From NCBI GenBank assembly GCA_001599295.1, contig BCGN01000002.1:868001-932000 (forward strand): DNA of 64,000 bases, in the 5' to 3' direction. Positions within the stretch are counted from its first letter, which is position 1; each line of letters starts with the position of its first letter. Of this stretch, positions 36,501 to 49,860 are shown in pieces. The stretch is from Sporopachydermia quercuum. Taxonomy: Eukaryota. The position numbers and the translations under genes are program-made. The notes below the pieces were generated by a model. The model ran no database searches. It worked only from the letters and a program-made list of their open reading frames with translations, and was not told where the DNA came from.

Positions 36501-37468
36501 TTAACTCGACTATGAAAACTGAGAAGAAGAATTTCATTATACAGCATAAATTAAAAGAGAATGTAGAGTTCTCATTTGGTGACGATGAGAAAGGACTACC
36601 AAAAATCTCAGGAACGTTTTCTGCAAAGCTCTCATATTTAATTGGTAAATTGAAGAATGACCTGAAGGAATTTGATGCGAGCGAAAGGGAAAGGGCAAGG
36701 GGAAGAAATGGTGAAGACAATGGTCCTACTAATCATTTGAAAAAAGCGATTGTTTTCTACGATACATCTGATATTGCTTATTATATAGCTGAAGGGTTTA
36801 AATTATCAGGAATCAAATATACTCTCTATGGATCGAATATAACATTATCGGAACGAAATGTCAATTTATCAAAATTCTCCACTGATAATGCAACGCAAGT
36901 CTTATTGATGGATCTGAATCTTGCTTCATTAGGTTTAACTATCACAAGGGCAACCAGAGTGTATTTTGTTCAACCTGTTTGGAGGAAAGACATTGAAGCG
37001 CAAGCAATTAAGAGAGCTCATAGAATTGGACAGACTGAAGAGGTGTATGTAGAAACACTAGTATTAGATGGAACAATAGAGATGGAGATCTTTAGAGCAA
37101 GAAATGCAGAAAAAGATGGAGAAATTGATTCACAAGAAGTTTTGGAAGATGATTGGAATAATCAAGGAAAAAATGGTGATAAAGGCGCTATTATTGAGAA
37201 TGAAAGAATTAGAGATTATATACTTCGTTATGAGTTTATTGGAAATAAAACAAAAAAGAAAACTAGAAAAGCTAGCTACTCTTTTGATGCTCCCATAATG
37301 TCAGGGGAAATCGATTTATTGGATGAATCTTCAAATGGCAGTGCGTTTGACAATGTAAGAAACGGTGATAATAGAATTGAAAATAAGACTGAAAATCAAT
37401 CATCAGTTCAAATTANAAGGAGTGAACGAGAAGGGCAAAGATTTGTGAAAAAGGTTAGATTTGTCTAG
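33590..37468 (+). CDS. SNF2-family ATPase (Rad5/16-like group, no RING visible), 2 exons, 1259 aa
   Basis: Exon 33590-33613 (MVTILEEQ), intron GTACGA..GCTAAC..TAG, exon 33713-37468. Motifs GGILAENMGLGKT, RLIIDEGH, WAVTGTP, QAIKRAHRIGQ. Confidence 0.88.
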
Positions 37469-37748
37469 TAAATGGCTAGTCTGACTTGAGTCAGAATATT
37501 TGGAGGTTTGAAATGTATTAACGTAGCGGTAATGAGTTAGATAGTGGATTTACATATAGAGTAGATTCTAAAAGAGAATCGAGACGAAGTTACAGTTGAT
37601 TGTATGATACATTTTGTACATAACATGATGATGAATCAATAGTGAATAAAACGTTGTGACTCTTGTAATATACATAATTAATACGAAACTAATGAACAAG
37701 CATAATAATAACAATTGGTATTACTATGGCTTCACATACCGGCTATTG

Positions 37749-38994
37749 TCATAGTTCTTGTAGAATCAGCTTTTTATCAGTTGATGCGCTTAGAATTAAA
37801 TTATTGCTTGGGTTCCAATCAACATCATTAACACTGCCGTTATGACTCTTCAATTTAGCAATCAAGCGAGCCGTNANTGAGTCCCATATCGTCACTGTTG
37901 AATCAGCAGATCCTGATATAATTTTCATACCATCTGACGAATAACGGGCCCTGATCAAATTTTGTTCTATACCTGCAGTTGCACCATCAAAGAATTTTTC
38001 AGTTCTTGATAATTGCTCTGATACAAATGCTTTAATATTATGAGTGATAATTCTGCTATCCATGCCATTGGATACTAAATTGTTATCATCAGGTGATACG
38101 CTCAGTGATGTTACATTATCGTTATGTCCAGGCATACTGAATATTGGTTTCTCAAGTGATCTCATGTCCCAAGTATAAATATCAGGGTCAATTCCTGAGC
38201 TGAAAAATCTTGTTCCTTGCGAATCAATAGCAACAGCCAGTATAGGGTATTCAGTTGATATAGAATGTATAGGATATTTTATTCTAGGATCCCATAATGC
38301 AATTTCACCGTCGTCACCTCCGCTTACTGCTAGATCTATCGTTCTACTTGTAACAGCAACGTCATTAATGATATCTTCATGATGAGCTAATTGTCGTATT
38401 CTTGTACCGGTTGTTACATCCCAGAAACCCACTGTTGAATCCGCTGAAGAAGAAAGAATGTTTTCACCATCACGGGTCCAACTAAGAGATGTTACTGCAC
38501 CTTTATGACCTCTCAGTACTCCAAAATTCGGTATTGTCGTTGTTGATGAATCTGATGGAACATTCCAAAGGACTATCAGATCATCTGGTTAGTTTAATTC
38601 GATCAAATGCTATAATAAAATAAATGGGAGAGGAAAAAATGTTCCAGTTTTACTTACAAATAGTTTTATCGATTGATCCAGAAGCAAAATGAGTGCCTTC
38701 AGGGTCAAATCTACATGCCAATATTTGATCATTATGACCTTCGAACTCGTAAGACGAATGTTGAAGATGTGCTTGGTTTTCCTATGGAAGTGATTGATGT
38801 TAGAATCCATTAGTTGATACTAATAAGCCTGACTTCTTAGCCTCTAGCTTACGTTTCAATACAATCATACAGCATGTAAGATTCTGCAAAAATGTATCAA
38901 CTCATCTATCCTAACTAATACTTACACTGATCGTCAGTGCAGTTGATCCATTGCCATTTGCGTTGGCAACCTTCTGCCGTTTAACTACTGACAT
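37749..38994 (-). CDS. SNRNP40: U5 snRNP 40 kDa WD40 protein (SNRNP40/Spf38-like), 3 exons, 338 aa
   Basis: Exons 38994-38926, 38781-38658, 38572-37749 with GTAAGT donors and CTAAC branch points. Motifs KTIFLWNV..NFGVLRGHKGAV, LVSNGMD, GIEQNLIR. Confidence 0.88.
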
Positions 38995-39889
38995 TTCTTA
39001 TTATTGTCCTCCGCTGTAATTCTGAGGATTGANAGGTCTTGTTCAATTTTGGTACCCAAAACTCAGTTCAATAACCATATGGTATATTTGCAATCGAAAA
39101 GTCAAATTTTCAAGTAATCTGAACCATCAATCTTCTTCGTTCTTTGTTTACTGAATTGCTTTTGCTTCCTTATATGAATTTTTTCATAATCTGTGTTGAT
39201 GCCTTCTAAGGATGAAGTTGAGATGTGATATTATAGTTTCCCATGTATCTCTGAATTACGGAAATGATATGATATCTGACTAAGGGATTGTTTGAACAAA
39301 ACAAATGAAGAATACAAATTGAAAGATAATAAACGGAGAAAAAATGCAAGATGAGGGGTATTTATTTTTGATACAATATATAATCGGGGAAAATTAAACC
39401 AAGTGTAGTAGGAAGTTGTTATAAATGATTAACTCATCATACTTACCAGTCAATCAATCACATGTTAAAGATTCCTCTATCACATGCTAGATAAGATTCA
39501 TGAGATGTAAGGATTCATGAACTCCTCTAAACAGTCGATTGTGGGTCAAAAGATATTAATAAACATAGAAAATAAAGGGAAAATATATGGAGAGGTGGCT
39601 TTTAAAAGTGGAAGTGTTTNATTTTTGTTGCTTTATTGGCAATTGGATTTTTCGGTAGTTTCATGNTAAATAACTGTAAGAGAGATATGAACAAACGTCG
39701 TTTAAGCTATACTCCTAATATTCTCTACCAAATATCTGACACGAAAAGTATCAGGTCTCCAAAATGTATATATATAGCGGAAACAATGAAAAGCAAATGT
39801 ATTGAGNTTTTTGTTGATTTCCATCCATATTAAGGTACTGAGAAAAAGCAATTGTCACCAAAGTCATTGCCATTCTGATAATATGTACT

Positions 39890-40704
39890 TCAGAGAACAT
39901 CAGATGCCGCTTCATACTCATTGTCAAGCTTCATGCTTTCTGGTCTCTCAACACCAGGAAGGAAATTGATAATTACAAAACAAAGGCCAATACTAGAATA
40001 GTTAATATCAAAGTTCGTAGACTCCTGATTGAAGGTTCTGCTGATTGTCGGTTACTTACAAGCCAATTATTGACCCCAGGATGATTCTCAACACATGGCC
40101 ATGGAGACAAATAGTGCCAATGAAGATATAAACTAATAGGTTGTTAATAATTATCATTTATTCCAATAGTATGTTCATACATTTCCTTCATCCTCTCCTT
40201 TTCTTCAATCAAAAACAAATAAAAACATACATATACCTCTTCCTAAGTAAGAGTAGAGGAAAGAAGCATATTTGTAAATGACAGGAGCGTACGATCTTGC
40301 AACTCCCAATTCAATGGCTAATATCCCGATTCCGAAAAGTAAAACATAAACAGCTATGACAGCCTTTCATTTGAATTAGTAACATATTGCGATTGATATA
40401 GTTTATCTTTCTTCTTATTTTATCCTCACTAACTTACTGATTGACTATAATAATTCAGATTTATGGTTAGTAAAAGGGAGAATCAAGGATCAAACCAAGG
40501 ATTCATATTATGAAACATTCCAAGGATATTCACTTACAATGATATTGGAAAAAATTGACTTATACCGCCGGCAATCTAAAACTGTTAACAATTTGTTTTT
40601 CCAGACAAGTACTAATATGATGAAAGTAAGTGTTCACATACTGCCAAACCACCTGCCCCGAAATTAGCGAACTTAGCGATAAGAGGAATAAGTTCGGTAT
40701 TCAT
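39890..40704 (-). CDS. TVP15: Golgi membrane protein Tvp15 (COPI-associated family), 6 exons, 138 aa
   Basis: Exons 40704-40642, 40575-40538, 40444-40438, 40363-40231, 40132-40060, 39992-39890. The spliced product has GGISQFFP.SFQS, YASFLYSYLGRGIFYIFIG and PESM. Confidence 0.88.
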
Positions 40705-41451
40705 TCTGATAAGCAATAACGTTAATACCAGGGATATATCGTTGATCAAGTGTGTTTCTTGATTACTATTATTATTATCAAAATCTATGTAGATATACAA
40801 AACTGTTTTCTGTAGATACTAAAGTAAAGTAAGTACTTCGAAACAAACAGTAAAGGAAAGAAGGAGTTCTGTAATAGAGTAAATATGTACGAAAGAATGA
40901 CGTGCATATGCAGTGGTAGATTGTTTGGGGAACGAATTTGATTATGGTTTCGAACTGAGAGTTGATGTTGATGGTGTATACCAAACGATTCCAAGAAGCA
41001 ACAAATAGATAGATAGTTTAGCAGCACCTATTATTAATTATTATTGACCATAGGTATATTATCAATTATATTATATACCATATGGATAGTAAAATCGTTG
41101 TTGATGTGATTATGATGTTCACATGAACATATTNATAGTTGGAATGGGAATTGTTAGTGTATTTCAGCTGTGAAAGTTCAACATTCTTCCGAAAATTCAG
41201 GGTATCATTATATTCAGTATGTCCTATGGNACTGATGTAATGTATGACTGGGCAACAAAATTTTAGCTCAAACGATTGNAAGAACAAGCTGATGTACTAT
41301 TCTTGTTTTATAATGACTACAAAATGAATACAAGCTACTATAATAAAAATAGAACTACTCATATAATACTAACAAATAAAATGGTTAAAGTAAATAAAAA
41401 GACAGAAATGAACCCGTAATGGAGATCATGGGCCTTTCAGTTATGATTCAT

Positions 41452-42246
41452 TTACTCTTCTGGAGCTGCTTCAGCTTTTTCTTCAGATTTGGGGGCATCA
41501 GAAGCAGCAGGAGCAGGGTCTTCAGGAGCAACATCAGCCATATCCGAGGTCCATAAGGTTAAGTTGTCTCTTAGTAATTGCATAATAAGAGTGGAATCCT
41601 TATAACTTTCTTCACTTAGGGTATCTAATTCAGCAATAGCATCATCAAATGCTTGCTTAGCCAAATCACATGCCTTATCAGGAGCATTCTGGATTTCATA
41701 GTAAAATACAGAGAAATTAAGGGCCAAACCTAACCGAATAGGGTGAGTAGGAGGTAATTCTTCAGTAGCAATATCCGAAGCTTTTTGGTAGGCGTCTAGA
41801 GAAGCATCAGCAGCTTCCTTTCTCTTAGCGTCAGTGGAGAATTCAGCGAGATAACGATGATAATCACCTTTCATCTTGTAGTAGAAAACCTTGGATTCAC
41901 CAGATTGAGCGACTGGAATCAAGTTGGTAGATAAAACAGATAAAGTGTCATCACAAATCTTTTCCAATTCACTTTCGATTCTTGTTCGATATTCCTTGAT
42001 TAAGGCTACATGAGCATCATTCTTCTTGCTTTCTTCCCTTTGTTCAATTGATGAGATAATTCTCCAGGAGGCTCTATGGGCACCAATAACATTCTTGTAG
42101 GCAACTGACAACAAGTTTCTTTCTTCTACACTCAACTCCTTTCCGGTAGATGCAACTTGCTTCATGCAGTCAACCATTTCTTCATATCTCTCAGCTTGTT
42201 CAGCAAGCTTAGCGAGGTAAACGTTTTCTTCACGACTTCTTGACAT
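41452..42246 (-). CDS. BMH1: 14-3-3 protein
   Basis: [62 protein letters not shown] at 42246. Confidence 0.98.
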   Translation of the reverse strand: MSRSREENVYLAKLAEQAERYEEMVDCMKQVASTGKELSVEERNLLSVAYKNVIGAHRASWRIISSIEQREESKKNDAHVALIKEYRTRIESELEKICDDTLSVLSTNLIPVAQSGESKVFYYKMKGDYHRYLAEFSTDAKRKEAADASLDAYQKASDIATEELPPTHPIRLGLALNFSVFYYEIQNAPDKACDLAKQAFDDAIAELDTLSEESYKDSTLIMQLLRDNLTLWTSDMADVAPEDPAPAASDAPKSEEKAEAAPEE

Positions 42247-42333
42247 CTTGATCTTAAATGTATGTGTATGAGATGGTATTGATCCACAAATCAGAATATC
42301 AATGGATAAATGAAAGAACAAAAAATGCTACTG

Positions 42334-42855
42334 CTACAGAAACTGTTAGTCTTTAATCCTCTTAATTAAATATAATATAACAAGGCGATAAATAGTCCAC
42401 TGCACCCCGACATATCTCCAACTACTTTCTAAATGGAATACATCAACACTTTTCAACAAGAAAGCGATTATTTGAAACCATTTGATCAATTCCTGAAAAC
42501 ACAAAAATGAACAACAATTTCACAGCTAAAGATCATTAAGAGTATCATCATAATCGCAAGCTTCAAGGAAAACGCAATGAGTGATCAATACTTTTCAATT
42601 CAAGCTTAACACTGCTCAATTGACAATGAAGCACAAATACACCCATACACCCAACAATGACAAGATGAGACCTCATGTTAATGACCTGAATCATAGCCAC
42701 GCTAGTTTGTTTACAATACGAATATCAGTGAGAAAGCAAAATATACCCAATTCCAATGTAAGAAATACAATGATAACAATTGGGAAGATATATGAAGAAC
42801 AAACAAGTTGATTTTCAAGTTGATTCCTTGTACCTCACAGTAGTAACGAACTCAC
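42334..42855 (-). other. Probable 5'UTR intron of the 14-3-3 gene
   Basis: Donor GTGAGT at 42855, branch GACTAAC at about 42345-42351, tandem acceptors TAGCAGTAG at 42336-42328. Confidence 0.6.
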
Positions 42856-44732
42856 TCGTTCTTTGAGCATCGTACGCGACACATGAAAGATACTTCACCA
42901 TCGCAAGCGAAATAATTGGTAGTTCGATTTACAAGAAACTCAATTGAAAAATTAATTGCAAGAGAGTATGTGCTTGAAAGGTCTGGTAGCAAATCATATA
43001 ATGGCTCCATACAGAACCTCTTCGTATCATTTGAGTCATTGGAATCGGTATCACTGATCTCATCGTTGTTGTATTTCTAACTGTTCTCAAAACGAATAAC
43101 TCATCCAAAGCAGCTAAACCAATACCAGCTAGTCCAATCTCAAGTGATTTGCTTTCATCGACCAATAATAGTATATTAAATCCATATTGTATGAGTACTG
43201 ATGTTTGATATTTCTTTCTCTCTTGCTTTCCTTCGTAACTTCATACTCAAATTATATCTGATGCAGCCAATTTATTTATCTTTCATCATTACCGTCAAAA
43301 TACTTACAATTNGATAACAATTATCGCTTATAGTGAATATTATAACAATGTTAACAACGATTAACGATTGATTAGTTTAATCAAGCACTTGNCTTTTGGG
43401 TAAATGAATACAAAGAAGCAACAAGTGAAGAAAGACCCAGTTTACATGCATGCCCATTAAAATAAATCCGCCTCTCATTTGTACCAGATACACAACAAAA
43501 ATATAAACTGCGATTTCTACAGCAAGAAAACTTTATTACGTGACATACATCTTTACATGTAAAAACATTGGTACATTATACTAGAGACCCTTATAATGGT
43601 TTTCAGGACAACTTTCATATTTATCAAGAAATAATTGACTGTGAATCCTCTCTTGGGACGGTGTAATGATGTAGACCCTTGTTTTTGCCAGGTGGAAATA
43701 TTACTATATGGAACGAATGAAGTATGGGTGTAAACATAATCCTCTCGAAAGGAGACAGAAGGTTGTGTCTTTTGTTTCCTCTACTTGCTGTCAGATTCTT
43801 GGTCAAAGGAAGTCATGAATAAATATACCGCGTCATGGATTCTTTTAAATTCTAANAATATCAGCATGGATGTTGTCCTATTCTTGTAAGCAGGAAGATA
43901 CTATGGTGATGCCTTTCGCTGCATGAACACCTGGGTAGAGTATGCACCAGACATTGAAATTTCAGTGATAATGTCAACCATATTTATTTTGCTTGAGCTT
44001 GTCTACTGTTATGCTGTCATGACATAATAGCCTGACAAAATAGTAGCTTAACTTGGATAACTCTTTGTCATTCATTACCTTTATTCCATTATAATATAAT
44101 TTAGGCGCTAATGGAATTTTTATCAACGGATAAGAATAATTAAATAGGTAAGAAGTTACTATTATTATTGCGTTCCGCGTAGACTTTTTATTTCTACTCT
44201 CTGCAATCAGATGTTTGGTATCTTAAACATAAATCTATGGATGGACATAATGACGTTGAGTGGAGCAAAAACCCCAGATTTCAGCATGGAGACAAATGTC
44301 TGACAACCAATCGCTCACGAACTATTTACTTTATGAGTTCGATCCAGGAAGAGTTACCTTTATTATCTGGTATATATTGTTATCGTGAATAGCAATCGTT
44401 CTAAGATCTATTTATATTGTTTTCTTAATCTGATTTACTAGTATGAGTACTTCGACTTATATCCAACGTTGTAGTAGTAGCCTATGGTTTTCTCCATGCA
44501 AATTCCTTTGTATGCCTCGCTTTTATTCTGAGAGTTCCACTATTGGAGAATCCCACACAAACACCTGTGGAGTTGTTCTCTTTCCCCTTAATTAATTTCT
44601 AAAGTCACACCGGTATTCTCATAACCTCTATATCACAAGAAGTGCTTTTGGATTAATTAATACACANCTTATCATATTATTTAGAATTATATTATCATCA
44701 AATATAATTATAATTTTTCAGACTATATCAAA

Positions 44733-45213
44733 ATGAATACTCTTGTTATTAGAAGAACTGCTCAACAAATTGCCAGAGCTGGCATTGTTGCCCGACCAAT
44801 GAGCATTCGATTCTACAGTGAAGGTGCCACTGGTGGTACCAGATCCACTGGTGGTGGTGATGCTTTTACCGTATGTTATTTGTTGTAAAGGGTTTAAATG
44901 AAATTCTTATTGATGTGATGCAATGCTAACTACGTTTCCAGAAAAGAGAAAAGGCCCAAGAAGATTTTTATGTCAAGAAGCACGAAGCTGAAAAGATCGC
45001 TGCTCTTAGAGAAGCTTTGAAGAAGCAACGGGAACATCTTGACTCCATCGAAGAACATATGTAAGTAATTTAAGAGCGTTTCTACATAGCTTCATAATTA
45101 TATGTTTAGTTAGAAAGATGCGCCATGGTTTAATATTCCGTTTCATGTTTCAAAGATACTAACATTTTACCCTTTTCAGTGATGAATTAGAAGGCAACGC
45201 AAAGAAGGATTAG
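44733..45213 (+). CDS. INH1: Mitochondrial F1Fo-ATPase inhibitor (IF1), 3 exons, 96 aa
   Basis: Exons 44733-44870, 44942-45060, 45180-45213. Spliced sequence RFYSEGATGGTRSTGGGDAFTKREKAQEDFYVKKHEAEKI. Absent from the ORF track. Confidence 0.93.
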
Positions 45214-45753
45214 ATTAGACTCAATTGCAACAACACAGTTTCATATTGTGGAGAAGAAGGATAAATGACTTCCGGATCTTAAACTCGTTAANATATCGAA
45301 GATCAACAACCCATTGTGTGGTTCCTCTCCATAGTTTTACTAGGTACCTAAGTTCTCCCAAAGGTTGATTAAAGTTGCTAAGTCGTTAGTTTCTTTCGAA
45401 GGTCAATTGTTCAGACAATTCTTTCTATATACACTCAAGTTTTACCTATTAGTTTTTGTTTAGTTTTCAATATATCATTTGATCTTTCACAAGATTTGGA
45501 TCTTGCCATAACGTAGTCCAATCGTAGGTATTCTTCTGCCCAAACTCCTCATCTCATCAAACCTTGGCATATCTTNCATGGCCTGATTCGATTGTCAACT
45601 GTATTTACGCTGTTTCCAACCGAAAATCAACTTGAATATGCTCATCAACNAAGCAGTGATTACCGATTCTTCTATCAAGAAAAGAAGCAATTTCCACTGC
45701 CCTGGAATTAAATCCTAAACACCAAAAAAGTAAAAAATCTAAAAAAGAAATGA

Positions 45754-45834
45754 CGACACCAGCAGGACTCGAACCTGCGCGGGAAATCCCAAAAGATTTC
45801 TAATCTTTCGCCTTAACCGCTCGGCCATAGTGCC
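45754..45834 (-). tRNA. tRNA-Ser(AGA), intronless
   Basis: GGCACTATGGCCGAGCGGTTAAGGCGAAAGATT-AGA-AATCTTTTGGGATTTCCCGCGCAGGTTCGAGTCCTGCTGGTGTCG: long variable arm, A and B boxes, downstream T-tracts. Confidence 0.97.
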
Positions 45835-46991
45835 TTTCTTTTGTTAAANCCCACCTGATTGAATTCACCAGATCAAACGGAAGAGATTACGAGCTTATGA
45901 TTGCATTACGATTGCTTACAATAATATCCTTTCACTCCCTCTGAAAAGCACGGGCAAATAGAAGAGTAAACCGTGTTCCTGCTGGGACAAGTGAAACTGG
46001 GAAAAGCTACNGTCGCTAGACAAGAGGAATCGTGCCGAAAGAAATCAAGAGATTGGTATGTTTCCTTTTTCTGACTGCTCAACAGTAAAGGAAAGAGTTA
46101 TGGTAGAAAACCATATGACTACTGCTTAAATAATTCTGAAAAGAGCTACGGATGAGCGTTTCATTCAGTCCAGCTACAACACCTGTTCTTAGAAGAAAAA
46201 TTGATATTTACCGTTCTGTTACTTGTATGAATGCCTTACATCTGACAAATCAAACTCCCAATGGTTTCATTTCTAGATCGGAGTACTGGTGTTTAAAGCA
46301 ATTTGATCATTCCAAAGCATATCTTTATAACTCATATACAATCATTTATCAATAGAAGGCAATGACTGTCAGTTGGTAGTGAAAAAATCAAAACGCTGAT
46401 GATCATCAAGGGTTTATTATTTAGCTTTAAATCTTAGTTTGTGGAGAATGAGGTGCCAACTCTGCCGGAGAGATAGTAACGGAACACGCACACAGATCTT
46501 CAAGTAGAAGGATAATTCATTGAAAAGCTAATGCCCGCTGGAAAAAAGCCACTTTCTAGCGGAGGAGGTGATGGCGTTCAGACTTGCTGATAGTTTAAAA
46601 TGCTATGGAAAAGGATTGGATAGGAGAGCTGCTGTGGACAACTTAATGTCATCAAACCATCATCAAGCTCCTCATATTCCGACAAACCGATGTTGAGGCA
46701 GTAATTCCCATAGAACTACTAATTGTTAATATATCTTAGCAGTTATCAGGACAGATATAGTCATCAAATTCTTTCATGTTTGAGTTATGTAGCAATACTA
46801 GATCGTCGAATGAATATATCCAAGGAATCAAGGATTTCAAAATAGCTTTGATAGTTAAAGATAATTACACCTCCATTATGAAATAGCAATTCTGATTGAA
46901 GTTTTTTTTTATGTAGAGATTCCTGATCTTAAAAAATAATTGGAGTGACCTTCCGAGCATTTCAGTCACCCAATTTATAATATACCCATAA

Positions 46992-47348
46992 TTAATTAGT
47001 AACATCTTTTTCATTCAATGTCGAAACTTTGGAAGGCTCAACCTTTGCTCCCACATCCTCTTTGTCATTTTGGCTTTCATCGCAAGTGCCATCGATGTTA
47101 CTATTCTCAATTCTTTTTGACACACTCTGATCATTACTATGATCCTTGTTGTTTTTGATATCAATCACGTATGGTTTATTCTTAACAGCTGCAGTAGATG
47201 ATATACTTAGATTGCCACTAGATGCTGCTGCGCTATAGGCAGAGGTATACATTGATATGACAGATGGCGTTGGTGATACTGCCAAANTAGATAGATCATC
47301 ATCATTTGTAGTTTTCAATTGATTTTTTTCATCTTTTCTATTACCCAT
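46992..47348 (-). CDS. Hypothetical hydrophilic protein (118 aa)
   Basis: ATG-initiated ORF rich in S/D/K/N with no recognisable domain. Confidence 0.35.
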   Translation of the reverse strand: MGNRKDEKNQLKTTNDDDLSXLAVSPTPSVISMYTSAYSAAASSGNLSISSTAAVKNKPYVIDIKNNKDHSNDQSVSKRIENSNIDGTCDESQNDKEDVGAKVEPSKVSTLNEKDVTN

Positions 47349-49860
47349 TACTGATATGTTGTGACTACGCTTTAACTTGGGGAAACCGCTCAGAAGAGTT
47401 TTGGTAGAAGAGAAAAATGTAGTTTGTTTGATATCCCACTATTTTTATTTCTTTTTGATATCAATAGTCCAGAGGAATAAAACTCTCCCCTCAGTGATTC
47501 TTTATGACGTACAAAAGCCTTCCCCTTGATTCTTAACCCTGCAAAACAAACACTAAAGATTATAGAAGGACTAAGTATCTCGTGAACTCTCGTTAATGCA
47601 TAGGAAAACTACTCATGTATTAGCAACCAAATAGATCAATATGTGTTTAAAAGTGGTATCAATACTAAATAATAACTGGTTTCGTTCCTGTATACTAACT
47701 ACTACACATTGCTTTGATAGAAAAAGAAAATNCTCTGCTCATTATTCGTTAATTCTCCATATAGTCCCAATCTGTTCACATGATGGAAAGTCTATTCACC
47801 ACACAATAATATAATTCCTTTCAACATAACAATTAATCTGATATTCAAGGAAATACTTTGACTGTTTCCGAATGCCCACATGAACGCCACATTTCTATTG
47901 TTTTTGATGAAAATCTACACCATGGTCTTATCTGCAACATTGATTTGATTATGATCTACAAGGCGGCATTGCCCTGTGTGTTCCGGCATTGTTAATACCA
48001 TTTCATTTGAGGTCNAATATACTCCATGACTTCTAAACCTTATATCGAAGTATCATCCANCTTTATACCTTCGAGATAAACTCGAAATGCAAGATTTATG
48101 CAGTAAGTTCACCATTCTGAGTGTCAAACAATTGTTAGAGTTATGATAATTAAACAATCGTGTACCAATTGATTCCTAGATCCTTAGAAAACTTTTTTTT
48201 TTGGATTTGGTAATCNTTTCAGCAATAACAGGGTATGTGATGTGAATGGTGGAATTACAGTAGTGTTTACACAATATTTACAGGTCTGAAATTTATATAT
48301 TGGTTCGTTAGGGATGAAATATTGCCTGCTATTTTCTACACTGTGTGCTTNACGGTTGAACCAGCTAACTCTATTCTCGTCAATTGTTTAGAAGGAAATA
48401 ATTCTTTCATATGTTTTGATCGTGATGGATACTTGAACACTTCCATTAGGGAGAATTGAACTTGCAGTTTTATTTTCACGTATTTTGTGAGAATTTGAAT
48501 TTACAACATTGAGGTAACCTCTTAATACATATTCCAGCGAATAANTTAGAGACTCGTAAATAGTCAGCTATTATTTATCTGTCAAAACTATAATTAGGAT
48601 TCTACACTAATTACACCTAGCATATTGCCACTTTCATTTTAGGCATCTAGCATAAATAATAAGAAAGAAATACTGATATTCACCGCACCATACATACATC
48701 CGGTCCAGTTCTTATCCATCCTCTAGTTAAAATGAAGAATTAATTTGCCACCTTACCATTGGCCATTTTGATTTCAATTTTCCATCCAAAGTAAGACTTT
48801 GCCTCCTCTCTTTACACATATTGTTTTTTTTCTGACTATTCAAATTTAAATTCAAAACAAAAATGGAACAGGCAGGTAAACTCCAAGTTTATTACTAGAA
48901 GTATATAGGTACCTGCAACATTATGTACCTTAGATACCAATGCTCTACAGGCATTTCCTCCAGTCGCCTTCTCAATCCACAAGCCACTTGTTTTGTTGAT
49001 CAGCAGTCAAATAATCACCGAGAATCATTATTCTAGGAATCTAATTAATTAGATATAATGGAAATGCGCATTGAAATGCTATCCTTTCTTTATAAAAAAA
49101 GGAAAGGTACTGCAACATCTTCATGAAATACTAATGGTATTCAACCATCCAGAAAGACATCTATTATCTNCTAGTTTTTATTTTTCATAGTATTATGTTT
49201 TTCTTTTTAGATTATATATCCATCCAATAGAATTTCATTGAACCTACAATTATTCTCTANAATATTCTGTACTAATAGAAAACTTCCGTTTACCTATAAT
49301 ATTCAACTCCTTCAAATAATATCTTCTTTTCAGATTTCTTGTCGTTTTCTCCACACATATAAGTCTATACGTTGCAAGGCAAATAATAGTTTTCTGTTCC
49401 CCGTTTAACTAATTTCATTTCAGAACAGAAAAATACCCAACCTTAAAATGATTTTTTTTGTTTCTGTTTTAGCTCGAATCGTTGCCTCTTACCTTCAGAG
49501 TTAATTGTACTAAAAAGTCATGAATTATGAATTTCAAACACCTTAAATAAAAAAGTTGAGCCTGTCATTACAAATAAACGATATATGGTTGTTTGGACTA
49601 ATTATTGTTACTAGGAATTTAATGAAAATTATGAAGTTAACAAGAGAAGTGACATTCAATTGAGTTGATTTTCTGTTATCTATGTCATTATTTATTAATT
49701 TCAATTATTTCAACATAAAAACATAATTGGTGTTATCTCAGTTTTGATTGAAAATCAGGAGTTGATGCAGCTTTCTGTCGCTAGAAATTCTTGGTAGAGA
49801 GTTCAAGAAGATTTATGTGAGCGTGTAGTCATATCCAAGTACACACAAGAAAAAACAAAT

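Noticed and set aside
39439..39627. U1 snRNA-like ATACTTACC start with a downstream ATTTTTG
   Set aside because: Lacks ACCU, the GAUCA 70K loop and the UGCAC loop; no convincing helices.
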